Source of the DNA: Octopus sinensis
Lineage: Eukaryota
NCBI RefSeq assembly: GCF_006345805.1
Contig: NC_043001.1
Location: forward strand, 75,516,001 to 75,580,000
DNA: 64,000 nt
Direction: 5' to 3'
Below are positions 13,927-26,569 of this stretch, piece after piece. Both the position numbers and the translations under genes were made by a program. Each line of letters begins with the position of its first letter. Position 1 is the stretch's first letter. The notes beneath the pieces were generated by a model. That model saw nothing but the letters and a program-made list of their open reading frames with translations. It ran no database searches and had not been told where the DNA came from.

Positions 13927-13999
<73 letters not shown>

Positions 14000-14061
14000 G
14001 ATATGCATAAGTTTGTGTAAATGTGTGTGAATGGGTGTGTATGTATGTGTACTGTTTGGCA
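13697..14061. repeat. Tandem duplication of a ~185-bp unit containing (TA)n and (GATA)n
   Basis: TACAATG(C/T)CTTG-(TA)n-CAAACAGAGAGACAAACAAA-(TAGA)n-GATATGCATAAGTTTGTGTAAATG...GTACTGTTTGGCAGT occurs twice in tandem. Confidence 0.9.
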
Positions 14062-14813
14062 GTTCAATAGATGTTATAGCAATGCAGTCTTGTGTGAATA
14101 TACGTGCTTGTGAATATACACACGTGTGTGTGTGTTTGAGCATTTCTGGGAGCAGGCGCACTCTCATTCTAAATCTACTTACGAAAAACCTTTACTATAC
14201 GAATTTAATTCTTTTCCGTAAGAATGGCAAAACCCATATATTTCGAACCTATTATTTCACTAAAGCACTCTCACATTTACAGGTAATTTCTTAACAGAAA
14301 TATTTTCCCTTTCACAAGTTATTCCTCTACTAAGTCAATCTTACATTTAACAGACATTCTACCACGAAAACAACTATGGTTATCTCCCCTCAACTTCTAA
14401 ACCGGAATTCATAAATTTCAGAAATTGATATACGTTGCCAAGAATGGAATTTTAATTAATTAAAGTGTCTTTGTTGTCTAAAGGTGGAGACAAGAGAACA
14501 TTCTTTACTATGGAAGCAAAACGAGAACAAGGAATAAAGATCTTCAATATTATCTTTATTGCCCGTAGATTAGGTTATTCATTAGAAGTCGAAATATTTC
14601 ATGATATCACAAGACCAAAGGGCAAACTTCTGAGTACATTCGACCCAGTTCTACTATATTTACTCAACGAAGAGCAAGCTTTGCAGGCCACTGTTATTGC
14701 GCTGTACAAGTCATATCGGATGTTATATTTTGGAGACTTTTGTCAACTGATTCATCATATGCCTTGGCTTTGTATGTAGGAAAAAACTGAACTAAACAAA
14801 AATTAATCAGTTA

Positions 14814-15243
14814 GGCGCTGGCGTGGCTGTGTGGTAAGAAGTTTGCTCCCCAACCACATGGTACTGGGTTCAGTCGCACCGCGTGGCAACTTGGGCAAGT
14901 GTCTTCTACTATAGCCGTGGGCTGACCGCAGCCTTGCAAGTGGATTTGGAAGATGGAAACTCAAAGAAGCCCATCATATATGCAAGTATGAACGTATGTG
15001 TGTGTATGTGTGTATGTATGTGTGTCTGTCTGTATGAGCGTCAAAACCGATGTTGATTTGCTTACGTCCCGTAAATTAGTGGTTCTGGAAAAAAGACCGA
15101 TAAAGTAAACACTAGTCTTTTTTTTTTAAAAAAAGCCCTGTAGTCGATTCATTCGACTAAAACAAGCAAAAAACAAATTCTTCAAGATGATGCCCCAGCA
15201 TGGCCGCATTCTAGCGGTTGAAACAAATAAAACATAAAAGATA
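14814..15243 (+). mobile_element. tRNA-derived SINE with internal (TG)n
   Basis: Head GGCGCTGGCGTGGCTGTGTGGTAAGAAG, GGGTTCAGTC box, tail CCCCAGCATGGCCGCA...GAAACAAATAAAA. Relatives at about 28655-28820, 32473-32820, 34270-34430 and 42780-42925; tail-only pieces at about 310-385, 27830-27885 and 44405-44540. Confidence 0.8.
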
Positions 15244-15302
15244 GGTTTGACTCTTTCATAGAAAAGAAATAATAGATACCTTGCTATTGAGGAGAATTAA
15301 CT

Positions 15303-15325
15303 GCATCATCATCATCATCATCATC

Positions 15326-15360
<35 letters not shown>

Positions 15361-15492
15361 GAGTAGTAGTAGTAGTGCTAGAAGAAGAAGAAGAAGAAGA
15401 AGAAGAAGAAGAAGAAGAAGAAGAAGAAGAAGAAGAAGAAGAAGAAGAAGAAGAAGAAGAAGAAGAAGAAGAAGAAGAAGAAGAAGAAGAAG
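15303..15492. repeat. Compound (CAT)n(AGT)n(AGA)n microsatellite
   Basis: Directly visible. Confidence 0.97.
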
Positions 15493-16162
15493 AATTTCAT
15501 ATTTGCTTGTGAAACTATGGCTATTTCTATGTAGCTCCAAATTTAGTGACTAAATTAGATTCCTAATTCGATTAGTCAAGATTAATTTCGGCAGAAAAAT
15601 ATTTCATTAACGAACTATACGTGAAACATTAAAAGTATCACAGACATTCCAACGTTCAGTTTCAAAGAAAAGGCGAAGATGAGATTCATAATTCGCTTAG
15701 CGAGTACGAATGGCCGTGCGATTAAATGCTTCCTTGAAAATTATTATCTATCTTCGCACCATCTTAGGGCAGTGAAGGACAGCATCGTATCAAGATACGC
15801 CCTCTGTGTAAAGTTAGGGCAGATAGAAACTATGCGAAAATATGCCAGATTTATGCTTTTGATTAGTAGACTTATACCGTGAGTAGGTTTGACACCCGCC
15901 ACTGAACTCACGTATACGAAATCTTTAAAAGAAATAATTAAGCAAGTAACAAAGATTGGAAATAACGATTGTCTAAAAATGTCTTTACGTTCTGAGTTCA
16001 AATACCGCTGAGGCCAAATTTGCCTTTCATCCTTTCAGAGTCGATAAATTAAGTACCATTTGAGCACTGGGATCGATGGAATTGACTTATTCCGTACCCC
16101 AAAATTTGCTGTCCACATACCAAATTTTGAAATCACTATCATCATCATCATCATTATTATTA

Positions 16163-16241
<79 letters not shown>

Positions 16242-16244
16242 TTT

Positions 16245-16505
16245 AGGTAGTGAGCTGACAGAATCTTTAGCGCGTTGGACGAAATGCTTAGCGGGATTAT
16301 CATTATTATCAGGCGAGCTGGCAGAATCGTTAAAGCATTGAAGGAAATGCATAGCGGTATTTCGCCCGTCGCTACGTTCTGAGTTTAAATTCCACCGAGC
16401 ATGACTTTGCCTTTCGGGGTAAATAAATTAAATACCAGTAAAACACAGGGGTCGATGTAATCGATAGTCCCCGCCCCCAAATTTCTGGCTTTGTACCTAT
16501 AGTAG
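16245..16505 (+). mobile_element. tRNA-derived SINE with duplicated head
   Basis: GAGCTG(A/G)CAGAATC head occurs twice, followed by GTTCTGAGTTTAAATTCC and GGGGTCGATGTAATCGA; same family as 4397-4811. Confidence 0.75.
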
Positions 16506-16509
16506 ACAA

Positions 16510-16547
<38 letters not shown>

Positions 16548-16549
<2 letters not shown>

Positions 16550-19277
16550 TCTTTATCACAGGTTCTGTTGGAACTCCAGGAGTCTTGTGTGCGTAGCAGG
16601 CTTACTACCTGCTTTTACGGTACCATGCTATTCGTTCTTTTCAGCTATCTACTGAAAACTCTATTCAAATTTCCTTTATATTCCTCTTAAAGCTTTTTCA
16701 TACTGTTCCCAAGGACCTAACAATAATTGGCACTATCTTCACTTTGTTTATTTTTCATAGCCGTGCTATTTCGTACTTAAGAGGGTTTTATCTATCTTTT
16801 CGCATTCCTTCGTGACTATTCGTGGGTCAAAGGGGTATGCAACATCAACTATATAGTATATATGGTGCACCACTAGGTCCGGTCTGTTATGTTCTAGCAC
16901 CCGATCTCTTTGGATTGGGAAATCCTAGAGGATTTTGCTACTCCCTGACTCCGCCGCTCTCTGCTGTTTGTGTTTATATCACACCTTGTCTTTCTCTAGC
17001 CTCCACTTTTCGCATAATTTCCACTGTAGTACTTTCGCTAGCTGGTCGAGTTGCCACAACTTGTAGTGGTTTTGGGCATGTCTAGGGCATTTGTTCGTGA
17101 TATTGGAAATGGTTTAATCCACTCTATTGCAGATGCAGCAGAGCGGAGACACTTGCTCATTCCTAAGGTTGACCTTCCAGATCGTGGCCAAACCTTGGTC
17201 TTGCGCTGCTAATATAGTGCTCTTGGTCTCCTTTTTTAGAATTCCTTTCATCAGCCAATCCCACCTATTTTTCCAGCAACTTCTGTTGTGGCTACATGGA
17301 ATTGATTGTGTAGTCCCTTCTTGCATAATTCTTCTTTATATCCTTTTTGTATTTCTTCCTTTGTTTTCCCTTTCTTCTCTGCTCTCAATACTCTTTATAG
17401 CGGGATTGAAGTTGAATTGCCTTCATCATTCATGATTTGAAAACGAGTCACCTTGGAAGATTCCCATTTTAATATTAACTTCTTCAAGCAATACATTACT
17501 TGAGTACAATTTGGTTTTCCACTCTTTCATGCTATGCATCAGAAAATTTGTAATGTCAGCAACACCAAACATCTGCAGGTTTTCAACGATCCAAGAATGA
17601 GGCATCATATCATATGCCTTCTTAAAGTGAATCCAAGCCATAGACAAGTTTGTATGAAATGTTTACAATGCTTCACAACTGTTCTCTTCGTACAACCTTT
17701 TTCTTCCCTTGATAGTATTTCTTCCTGTGCCAGGAAAGGGTATGTCTTTGCCGCACGTATTCCTGTGAGTATCTTCCATATTATAGTTAAGCATGCTATG
17801 GGACGGTAGTTTCCCACAATATTCTCCTTCTATCTTTCATTATAAGTGCTATCTTTCGTTATAAGTGTTATATTTCCAGTCATCATCCAAGCCTGACTGC
17901 TCCTTTCTGGACACACTCATTCATTTGGGCTGGTAGTCTTTCATGCACCGCATGGCATCTCTTTAGCCAGAAGCTGTGAAACCCATCTGGTCCGGGGATG
18001 GGGAGGCTATCTAGTTAGGCACTTTACCCACTTGTTCTTTCACATCATCCATGCTTATGGCAATATTTCTTTGTTTCTTTCCTCTTTGTACTTTTGTCTT
18101 GCTAATTCCTATCCACATTGCATCTCATTTTTTGCACCACATTGTTTCCTCATAATCTGCTCCAGAACTCCTTGGCATGATTTGCTTCAGGAACAACATA
18201 TTCCCCATTGTCTCCTAACGTTCAGAAGAATTGCTTCGGGTTATTTTTTAACAATCTGTTCTCGAACCAACCGATTATTTCTATTCACAAATCTTCTGAT
18301 CTGGCTTTTTTGCCATGATCCTCTCATTTAACTGCACTATTACTGCATCAAACCCGTTCTTCCGTATTTTATATTTCTTTAATATATTCCGGTCAGTCTT
18401 TTTCCCATTCTCCAAGTTTTCTCTTAACTATTGCTCAGTCTTTCCTAGATCTTGCCTTGCCCGCATTATGTCCCTTTCAATGCGTCGATTTCCCTATGGC
18501 TCTTTTGCTCCACCATTTTTTTGTTCTCTTAAGTTGTAATTTCTCCCAACAAGCGCAATGGCTCGGAGAAGATACCTTGTTTGTGTTATGTCCTGCGTCT
18601 GGATGTATGGTATGACAGTATTTATCTTTTGTGTTACTTTATTTATCATACTCCTATCTACCCTTCTCATATACATGGAGCTTTTTTCTTCTGGAGCATT
18701 CATCAAGTCGGTGAATCGTATTTGACTTTCAAGCAATTCATTATCTAGTTGGTTCATTTCTCCTGCTCTCCATCCACCATAGTATCAAGGTTCACTGTAT
18801 AGCGTTCCTGTTTCTCATTCTTAACAGCCTGATCACCATTTCCTTGTTCCTCCTGTCTTAATCTTCTCTCTGCTTTCAACTCCTACCTCTCTGTTTCAAC
18901 TCCAACCATTCTTTGTAGCCCATTCGCAGGGTCCCTGAGATCCTCACTAATCCGAGATATTTCTACTCCAGTTAAGTAACTCCTAATCGCTTTCACTTGG
19001 TTCATTTATTTATATTCTGACATTGGACACATGTCCATTTCCACCCAAAATGTCAAGGTACGTCGGCCTACACCGCGACTTCTTTCCAACTTTGCACTTT
19101 TGTGACATTCAATACGTGTATCCTACTCTTCCTTAGTCCACTTGTGTCTGTTTTTGCGCTCACCGCGTCCGAGGCCCGATCACTACCCTTGATGTGGGCG
19201 GTTTCGGACGTGCCGGGCGGGAAACCTTCATCATGAGTCGTTCGTGGGGTTCCCACGAGATTTGGTATTGAGACCCC
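16548..19277 (-). mobile_element. Near full-length degraded R4/Dong-type LINE (internally deleted)
   Basis: Minus-strand fragments: GNYRPIACLTIIWKILTG, AWIHFKKAYDMMPHSWI, GIFQGDSFS, ETKSTILAAQDQ...CCIC (zinc knuckle) and IVPIIVRSLGTV (RLE). The 3' end runs into (AAT)n; the 5' region 19050-19277 is GC-rich. Confidence 0.85.
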
Positions 19278-19329
19278 ATCTCTCTCTCTCTTCCTCTCTA
19301 TATTTGTATATACAGGTGCACGTGTATAT

Positions 19330-19905
19330 ACAACGCAGGCCTCCGTGAGTGGGAAAGGCAACTTGAACAAACTATGGATAGTCTTTCCACCTGACAGTTG
19401 TGTAGAGGCAATGCCTGTCCAAGCACTACTGCACACGTTGCAGTTGTTCCTTCGCAGATACGAAATTACGATATTAAGCATCTAAGTTTTACCACAACCG
19501 CCTGGTGCATCTACATAGAAATAGGAGTGGCTGGACACCTCACATCTCCTCTTCGTATCTACAGATTCAAGCAGAGCATTAGCAATTAGTCTCTGTTCAT
19601 CAGTAAGTGTTGCAATGCCTGGGTGATCGATGTCTTCATGATGGTCAAGCTGCGGTACTCCAATAGGTCCAGGCAGCCCAATTGCTAAACAACTGATGCC
19701 ATTCTTTATCAGAATTACATCAATTGAGTGTAGTGCCATGTTTTTTGCGTGCTCTGTATTAAAACTTTGGTGCAAGAAATCTTCAATCAGGGATTCCTTG
19801 TGAGCGGTCCACAGGTGAAGAACATTTGCAGGGTTCATATACGTGCACGGAGAAGCAAACATAACAACCAACTGTAAGGACATTAGACAGCCACCAATGG
19901 ACATT
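19330..19905 (-). mobile_element. Helitron RepHel fragment (Pif1-like helicase motifs I/Ia)
   Basis: LWTAHKESLIEDF...LTDEQR...YVDAPGGCGKT*MLN...SSAWTGIASTQLSGGKTIHSLFKLP, i.e. Walker A and motifs Ia/Ib of Pif1-family helicases; one in-frame TAG at 19482-19484. Confidence 0.85.
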
Positions 19906-19907
19906 CT

Positions 19908-20064
19908 AAACTGATTAACAACTAACAAGCAAACCTGTGGTATTGAGCAAAATATTCGGTGTAGCCCGTCTTTTTTACCAAGACAAAATATGTACACAGT
20001 AATACTACTAATCAGTTAAGATCAGAAACCATGAGAGCCGGTGCCTTATATTGAATCGGGGCAT
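19908..20064 (-). mobile_element. Partial third copy of the 557-bp (AAT)n-associated element
   Basis: ACAAGCAAACCTGTGGTATTGAGC...CAGTTAAGATCAGAAACCATGAGAGCC matches about 8829-8945. Confidence 0.75.
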
Positions 20065-21927
20065 ATATTATTTTATTATTGTTGTTATTGTTATCCTCTT
20101 CTCTCTTTCTCTCTCTATCTCTTGCCTTTCCTTTCTCTCTCTACCTTTCTCTAAAGCAATCTTTTGTAGAATTCGCGTCCGATCAAAAGTAAACAGATAG
20201 CGCGAGAAAGAAAGAAAAGGTGAGGGTGAGAGAAATTGGGTCGGCCAGGTTTAAATACACAAGTGAAAACGTCTGACACAACAACACCGGTAAGAATCCA
20301 TCCGCAGTTGACGGTCCAGTGTCAAGGTACACAAGTATGTATGACTTAGAAATTCTAAGAAAGAGTGTGAACAACGAATTATGAAATATTTTCGTTTGAC
20401 GAATTTTCATTCACCGGTGCTGTATGTTTGTTTTTATATAAAATACTCTGGCTGTCACGTCCATTTCACTGACTAAAGAAACAGAAAAATAACGGAGGAA
20501 GGATTCAGTTGTTAATGGAGGGCTGAAATCACTGGGAATTGATTAGTAGTTTGGAAGTGGACACTAACAGGCTTGCATTTTGTCACACATATTACTACGA
20601 TGAAAAGAAGAAAATGGGGTGGGGTAAATTATGTTCCAGTCTCACATAAGACTGTAATACTAGTAATGTATTAAAATCCAATGATGAAAATGATGATGAT
20701 GATGATGACGACGACGATGACGATGATAATGACTATGATGATGAAGATGATGATTATGATGATCATCATGATGTGGCATTTGCTTAGCTCCAGAGGAATA
20801 TATAAACATGGAACTTTTGTTCATTTTACAAAAATGCTATATTCCTACAAACGTAAAAGCCAGCGAATTATAATGGCCCACTTAACAAGATAACAGCTCA
20901 TAGAATAAATACTCATGCATAAGAGAATGATACACTTGAAATGTAATGATACTAACATGGATTAAACATTACATTATTAGAAGGCAGCCATGCTAAAGTG
21001 GATGTACTTTCAATGTTTCCAACTGAACAGACATTAGAATGCAATTATTCTATTCAAGTAATACGCATTTCATACAAAAATGACCTTATAACTACTATTT
21101 TGAAATGTTAACAAATTCTGCCTCTCTTTTCAAGCAAACTTATTGAAGAATTTGTTATCTGTTTGAGGCAGCCCTGTAGCAATATTATATTTCATAACTC
21201 TGTAACAATGTCAGCAACAAAACTGTATAGGAAGAGCTCGATAATGATGTATTTACGTAAATATCAAAATAGATGATATGACGTTAAAAAAGTAAAGGTG
21301 GTAGATGCAGACATGGAAATAAATGCGATGGAAACGTGGAGATAAACTTTGCTTTTATCTGTATCACCTCTAAGTTATTGTTTCAGTATCCTACAAGATT
21401 AGCAAATAAACAAGATATTTTAAGGTAATAACGTAATAAATTATTTGAAAATAAACAATGTAATTGTTTTAGAATGCTCGTGGGAGAAAGTTATGGTGAG
21501 TTTAACTGAATTTTGTAGAGAAATATAAGATTTTCTTCTCGTTATGCATAATTGAAACATTGAAGCTTGTAAATAAATATTCTGGTGGATTAGGTACAGA
21601 TCAAGTAGAAGGTGTGCATTAGAGATAAAGTGAGATGATTAGGTGCGGCTCTTTGGCACGTTAACGAGTTGGCTCGGCGGATTAGGCATTCAACCTAGAG
21701 GCAAACACACATACATACGCACATATATGCACACATACGCACACATGCGCACACACACAAATGCATGCGGGAGCAGAAACATAAACATACAGTGAGAGCG
21801 AGAGAGAGAGAGAGAAAAAGTGGGGGAGAGAGTGTGAGAGAGAGATTACACAGATATTCACACCCAAAAACAAAGAGCGAGAAAGGGAGAAAGGGAGAGT
21901 GAACGCGAGAAGCTTTAAAAGGTCTAA

Positions 21928-22318
21928 TCTCTCTCTATATAAAGCTGAAGTTGTCTATGTATGGCAGGTTTGGTAGCCTTCAAGTAACACTATCTCCTCT
22001 GAGTCCCTGCGGCGTAAGTTGACCAAAATTGAGATTATGATAGAAGAAGGGTTGCTCTTCCTTCCGTAGAAGAAAAAAATTCAAATCGGATCATGTTAAC
22101 ACCAAAAATTATTTACATCAAAAAGGTGCTTTTTTCTATGAAAATCCCTAGTTTTTACGATTTTTGACTGCTATGTCACCATTTTTCGGTGTATTTCAAC
22201 GAGAAAAATGTTCGCTTAAAAAGAATAACAAGCTACATAATGCAAAATTTTTACTTTTCAAAAATTCCAATTCTAAAGGGTCGAAACAAATCCGAGCAAC
22301 GCCGGGCGATACTGCTAG
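21928..22318 (+). mobile_element. Complete non-autonomous Helitron (391 bp)
   Basis: 5' A|TCTCTCTCTATATAAAG; 3' hairpin CCGAGCAACGCCGGG then CTAG|T. This gives canonical TC...CTAG termini inserted between A and T. Confidence 0.85.
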
Positions 22319-23760
22319 TATCAAATAAACCAGCGCCAAATCAGCAATTCCAAATACGCAGCACCGAAACGGCAAGACCAAAGTGTCTCATACTCTAAAT
22401 AATGGTAGCATTACTATAAAAAAAATCCCTTCACTTCACTGTTATGCGGTTTGTATTTTGTTTTTTGTTTCTTTTCTTGAAACTTATTGAAAAAGAAATT
22501 GTATAAAATGCTGGACAATTAGAGACATTTAGCTTCAGATCTAATTGATAATAAGCCATTAAAATACTAACATTTTAAAATAGAATGTGGTGTCCTAGGA
22601 AGGTAACAGCTGTAATGACACAAATGATGCCACAGCCAAATAATTGGAAATAGTAAAAGACTAAAAGCTTTTTCTCAGGCTTTGGAAAATTAGGAATAGG
22701 ATATTAGAACATTCCATTAGTTCTTTTGTCAAACATGAACCTGGTTGAAATTGAAACCATGATATAGCTGAGCACCGAATCAATCATCGCTGGCTAATAC
22801 CCAACCTGACTAGTTCATAATAAAAGATTATGAGTTGTAGAAATTTGTGGGCCTTGGCTATAAAGCATAACACTGTTGATGTGGTCTACCCGAGCGATCG
22901 CTTCCTCGGTTAATTTGTACAAATTCACCAGCAGATTTCAGTAATAAAGAACTAATTCACAACTAATTAATAAATATTCCTCTAACTTCCGATTGAAATA
23001 GTTACTTTCATATTGTTTTTGTAAATATCTGATTGGGTTACTTAGGGTGTTGCTCTGTTCCCATAAAAGTTAAACGCGTTCTAATTATTTCAAATTTGGG
23101 CACAAAGTCAAATAATTCTTTCTATCTTTTGGAAAAAGAAAATAAATTTAGAAAGAAGGAGGAAATCGATAACAGTAACTCCATTCGCAACTGGTATATT
23201 TTATTAATCACTGAAAGATGAACGGTAAAGTAAACCACGGTAGCATTTTGAAGTCAAAACGGAAAACCGTGTCAAATGCCACCAAGCATTTTATTTTGTT
23301 CTGCATACCAGCGATTCTAACAGCTCACCACGTTGATGACGTCATAATAAAATTGAAAATATCAATTAACTCTTTCTCATTTTGCCATAAGATCCACAGT
23401 TTTGACAGTAGGGTCAAGTCGGTTACATCGGTGCCAGTATTTGACTGGCATATTTCATCTATCAACCCTAAAAGCAATGGCGATCCAATAAATGATAAAT
23501 GATTATTACTGAGGAGACAAGACCTTCTCGTCTAACTACTTGTGTATTTTCTGGTGCATTTTCTGCTTATTGTAATCCTACCTATAACAATTTTCGAGAT
23601 CTTTCTACTTGCCCATAACTTATAATTAAATCCCGCAAGACAAGTTTCATATCATTTTGTGGACGATCATGCTCTATATGATCTAATCTTTTAATTCAAT
23701 TATATTGTCAGTGGCTATTACTATCAGAATATTTCTTTTAATGATGCACACACATACACG

Positions 23761-23800
<40 letters not shown>

Positions 23801-24019
23801 ACACACACACACACACAAAACACGCATGTATGTATGTGTGTATGTATGTGTGTATGTATGTATGTATGTATGTATGTATGTATGATGGTGCTATGAAGTT
23901 AGTCATTGCCTGAACCAATTGTGGCCAAAGCATATCAAAGTATCTAATTATCTAAGAACTGTGTGTGTGTTTGCGTGTTTTTATGTCTGTAGGTGTATGT
24001 TTGTGCGTATCTGTGCATA

Positions 24020-24297
24020 GGATCGTAGGATCGCGGTTTCGATTCCCTGGCCGGGCCGGGCGTTGTGACTGTTTATTGAGCGAAAACACCTAAAAGCTCC
24101 ACGAGGCTCCGGCAGGGGATTCTGGCGATGCCTGCTGTATCCTTTCGGCACAAATTTCTCCCACTCTTTCTTCTGTAGGCCTGCTCGCTTAGCCAGCGGG
24201 GTGGTGTCATTTGAAGGCTAAAACAATACGAAGCGCATTGTGACCAGCGATGTGTAACAACATCTGATAGCCTGGTCGGTCACGGTGATCACGGTGA
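24020..24297 (+). mobile_element. tRNA-derived SINE (5'-truncated relative of 602-905)
   Basis: GGATCGCGGTTTCGATTCC and AAACACCTAAAAGCTCCACGAGGCTCCGGCAG are shared with 602-905. Confidence 0.7.
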
Positions 24298-24312
24298 TAT
24301 CTATCTACCTAT

Positions 24313-24343
<31 letters not shown>

Positions 24344-24350
24344 GACATAA

Positions 24351-24417
<67 letters not shown>

Positions 24418-24439
24418 TCAAACTCCCCACAACTGATTT

Positions 24440-24478
24440 GATTTGAAAAGCCCACTAGAATGGGAGAAAGCGCTAATC
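24440..24478 (+). ncRNA. Hammerhead-like motif, U3-A8 core variant
   Basis: GAT-TTGAAAA-G-CCCA(ctagaa)TGGG-A-GAAA-GCGC-TA-ATC: stem I GAT/ATC, stem II CCCA/TGGG, palindromic stem III AGCGCT, putative CUA cleavage site. Confidence 0.5.
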
Positions 24479-24566
24479 CGAATGATATGATATGATATAT
24501 ATGTAAAAAATGTAATATATAAATAAATATCTACAAATATGAACCATCTGATCTGATTACCTCATT

Positions 24567-24882
<316 letters not shown>

Positions 24883-25298
24883 TTATATATATATAGAGAG
24901 AGATACATACATACACACACCGACACACACACATACATATATGTGATACTGTGTAGCAGGCCGCTGGCATTTATAGAGTGTTAAACTTTTTCCGTATGCA
25001 AATTAGGTAATCCTTTATAGAGTAACTGCTGCATTTGTTGAGTATATAAGCAGTTTGGCAGATGTTTTCTCTGAACATTGTCAAAATGTTGTGGACTCCT
25101 CTGATGAGAATCGATTAAAGTTATTCGTCATTTTCTTCAGTCTGCGGAGAAATGGCTAACATCTGCCTTGTTTATAATTATACCTTATGTTATACGTATG
25201 TATATAAATATATATTTTCAAAATGTAGCCACATGTTAATGGTTGGCGATTTCTTTTCCTCCCGCTTCCTTTTCTTTTGGACTTTTCTCTGTCCCCTA

Positions 25299-25329
25299 TT
25301 TCTGAAGAGCTTTCCCCGAAACGTAAAAC
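25299..25329 (+). ncRNA. Degenerate minimal hammerhead in a diverged copy (25220-25440) of the 24679-24882 element
   Basis: TTT-CTGAAGA-GCTTTCCCC-GAAAC-GTA-AAA: intact core and GUA site, eroded stem II. Confidence 0.55.
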
Positions 25330-25442
25330 CACCTTTCTTTACTTCCCTGAACGTTTGCTAATACAATGCGTGTGCCACGTACTTGCGTTGTTGCTTTTTT
25401 TTCTTCTTATGTTTGCTCTTCGTTCGTTTTGGATTTACTATA

Positions 25443-25478
<36 letters not shown>

Positions 25479-25526
25479 TGTATGTATGTATGTATGTATG
25501 TATATATGTATGTATATATGTATGTA

Positions 25527-25603
<77 letters not shown>

Positions 25604-25648
25604 AGAAAGAGGTGACACCTGAAAATAGGTTATGCAACGAGCCTCATT

Positions 25649-25730
25649 AGCTTACAGCTGTTTCTGCTATAGGATGTGGTGGGCTGGTAGTGGACATGCT
25701 GTGGAACATCCTATAGCTTCATCAGAGGTT
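25649..25730 (-). ncRNA. Type I hammerhead ribozyme with long stem II
   Basis: Minus strand AACCT-CTGATGA-A-GCTATAGGATGT...ACATCCTATAGC-A-GAAAC-AGCT-GTA-AGCT: perfect 12-bp stem II, palindromic ACAGCTGT stem III, GUA site; stem I weak and mismatched. Confidence 0.75.
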
Positions 25731-26097
25731 TAAATATGAAGTGCAATTTCTTCGAGAAATTACATTTTTCAGAACATTCAGGCGTTAAGACAGATGTAAA
25801 TTATCCAAATAAAGTGAACTTCCAATTCAAGGCTCTTATGAAGCTATACGATGTTTCATAGGGACTCAACTAAAAGCTTTCAGCTAATCAAGTACATTAC
25901 ATAACCCTAATTATATTCCCGTATCACCGTTTTGTTCCGATTGTCTCTCTATACTCATCTAACATTGAGTTGTGGATCATATGTATCCTGTGTTCTACAG
26001 CAGGTTATTAGTCTCGTTATATCTAAGCTAAATATATGTGTGTGTGTATGTGTATGTATATACACACACACACACACATATATATGTGTGTGTGTGT

Positions 26098-26343
26098 GGA
26101 AGCGCGTGGCTTAGTGGTTACAGTGTCAGCATCATGATCGTAAGATTGTGGTTTCGATTCCTGGACCGGGCGACGCGTTGTGTTCTTGAGCAAAACACTT
26201 TATTTCACGTTGCCCCAGCCCATTCAGGTGGCAAAAATGAGTAACGCTGCGATGGACAGGCGTCCAGTCCGCTGGGGAACACATACATACGCCATTGAAG
26301 CCGGGAAACCGGGCCCATGAGCCTCTAGGCTTTAAAAGAGCGC

Positions 26344-26346
<3 letters not shown>
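26098..26346 (+). mobile_element. tRNA-derived SINE ending in (ATT)n
   Basis: A box in GGAAGCGCGTGGCTTAGTGG, B box GGTTTCGATTCC; tail GCCGGGAAACCGGGCCCATG resembles that of 602-905. Confidence 0.8.
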
Positions 26347-26413
<67 letters not shown>

Positions 26414-26531
26414 GTATATACATATATGCATATATACATATACATATGCTCATATATTTATACATACACACACATGTATATATATATATTTATATATATA
26501 TGTGTATATCAATGTATAAATATATATATAG

Positions 26532-26569
<38 letters not shown>

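Noticed and set aside
20170-20219. Possible 50-nt host exon (pyrimidine tract, TTTGTAG acceptor, AAG/GTGAGG donor)
   Set aside because: The pyrimidine tract is a (CT)n microsatellite, and there are no partner exons or recognisable peptide; needs RNA-seq.
25096-25135. CTGATGA-GAAT...ATTC hammerhead-like motif inside the cluster
   Set aside because: GAAA is replaced by GTCA and there is no stem III or cleavage triplet; at most a dead relic, so not counted.
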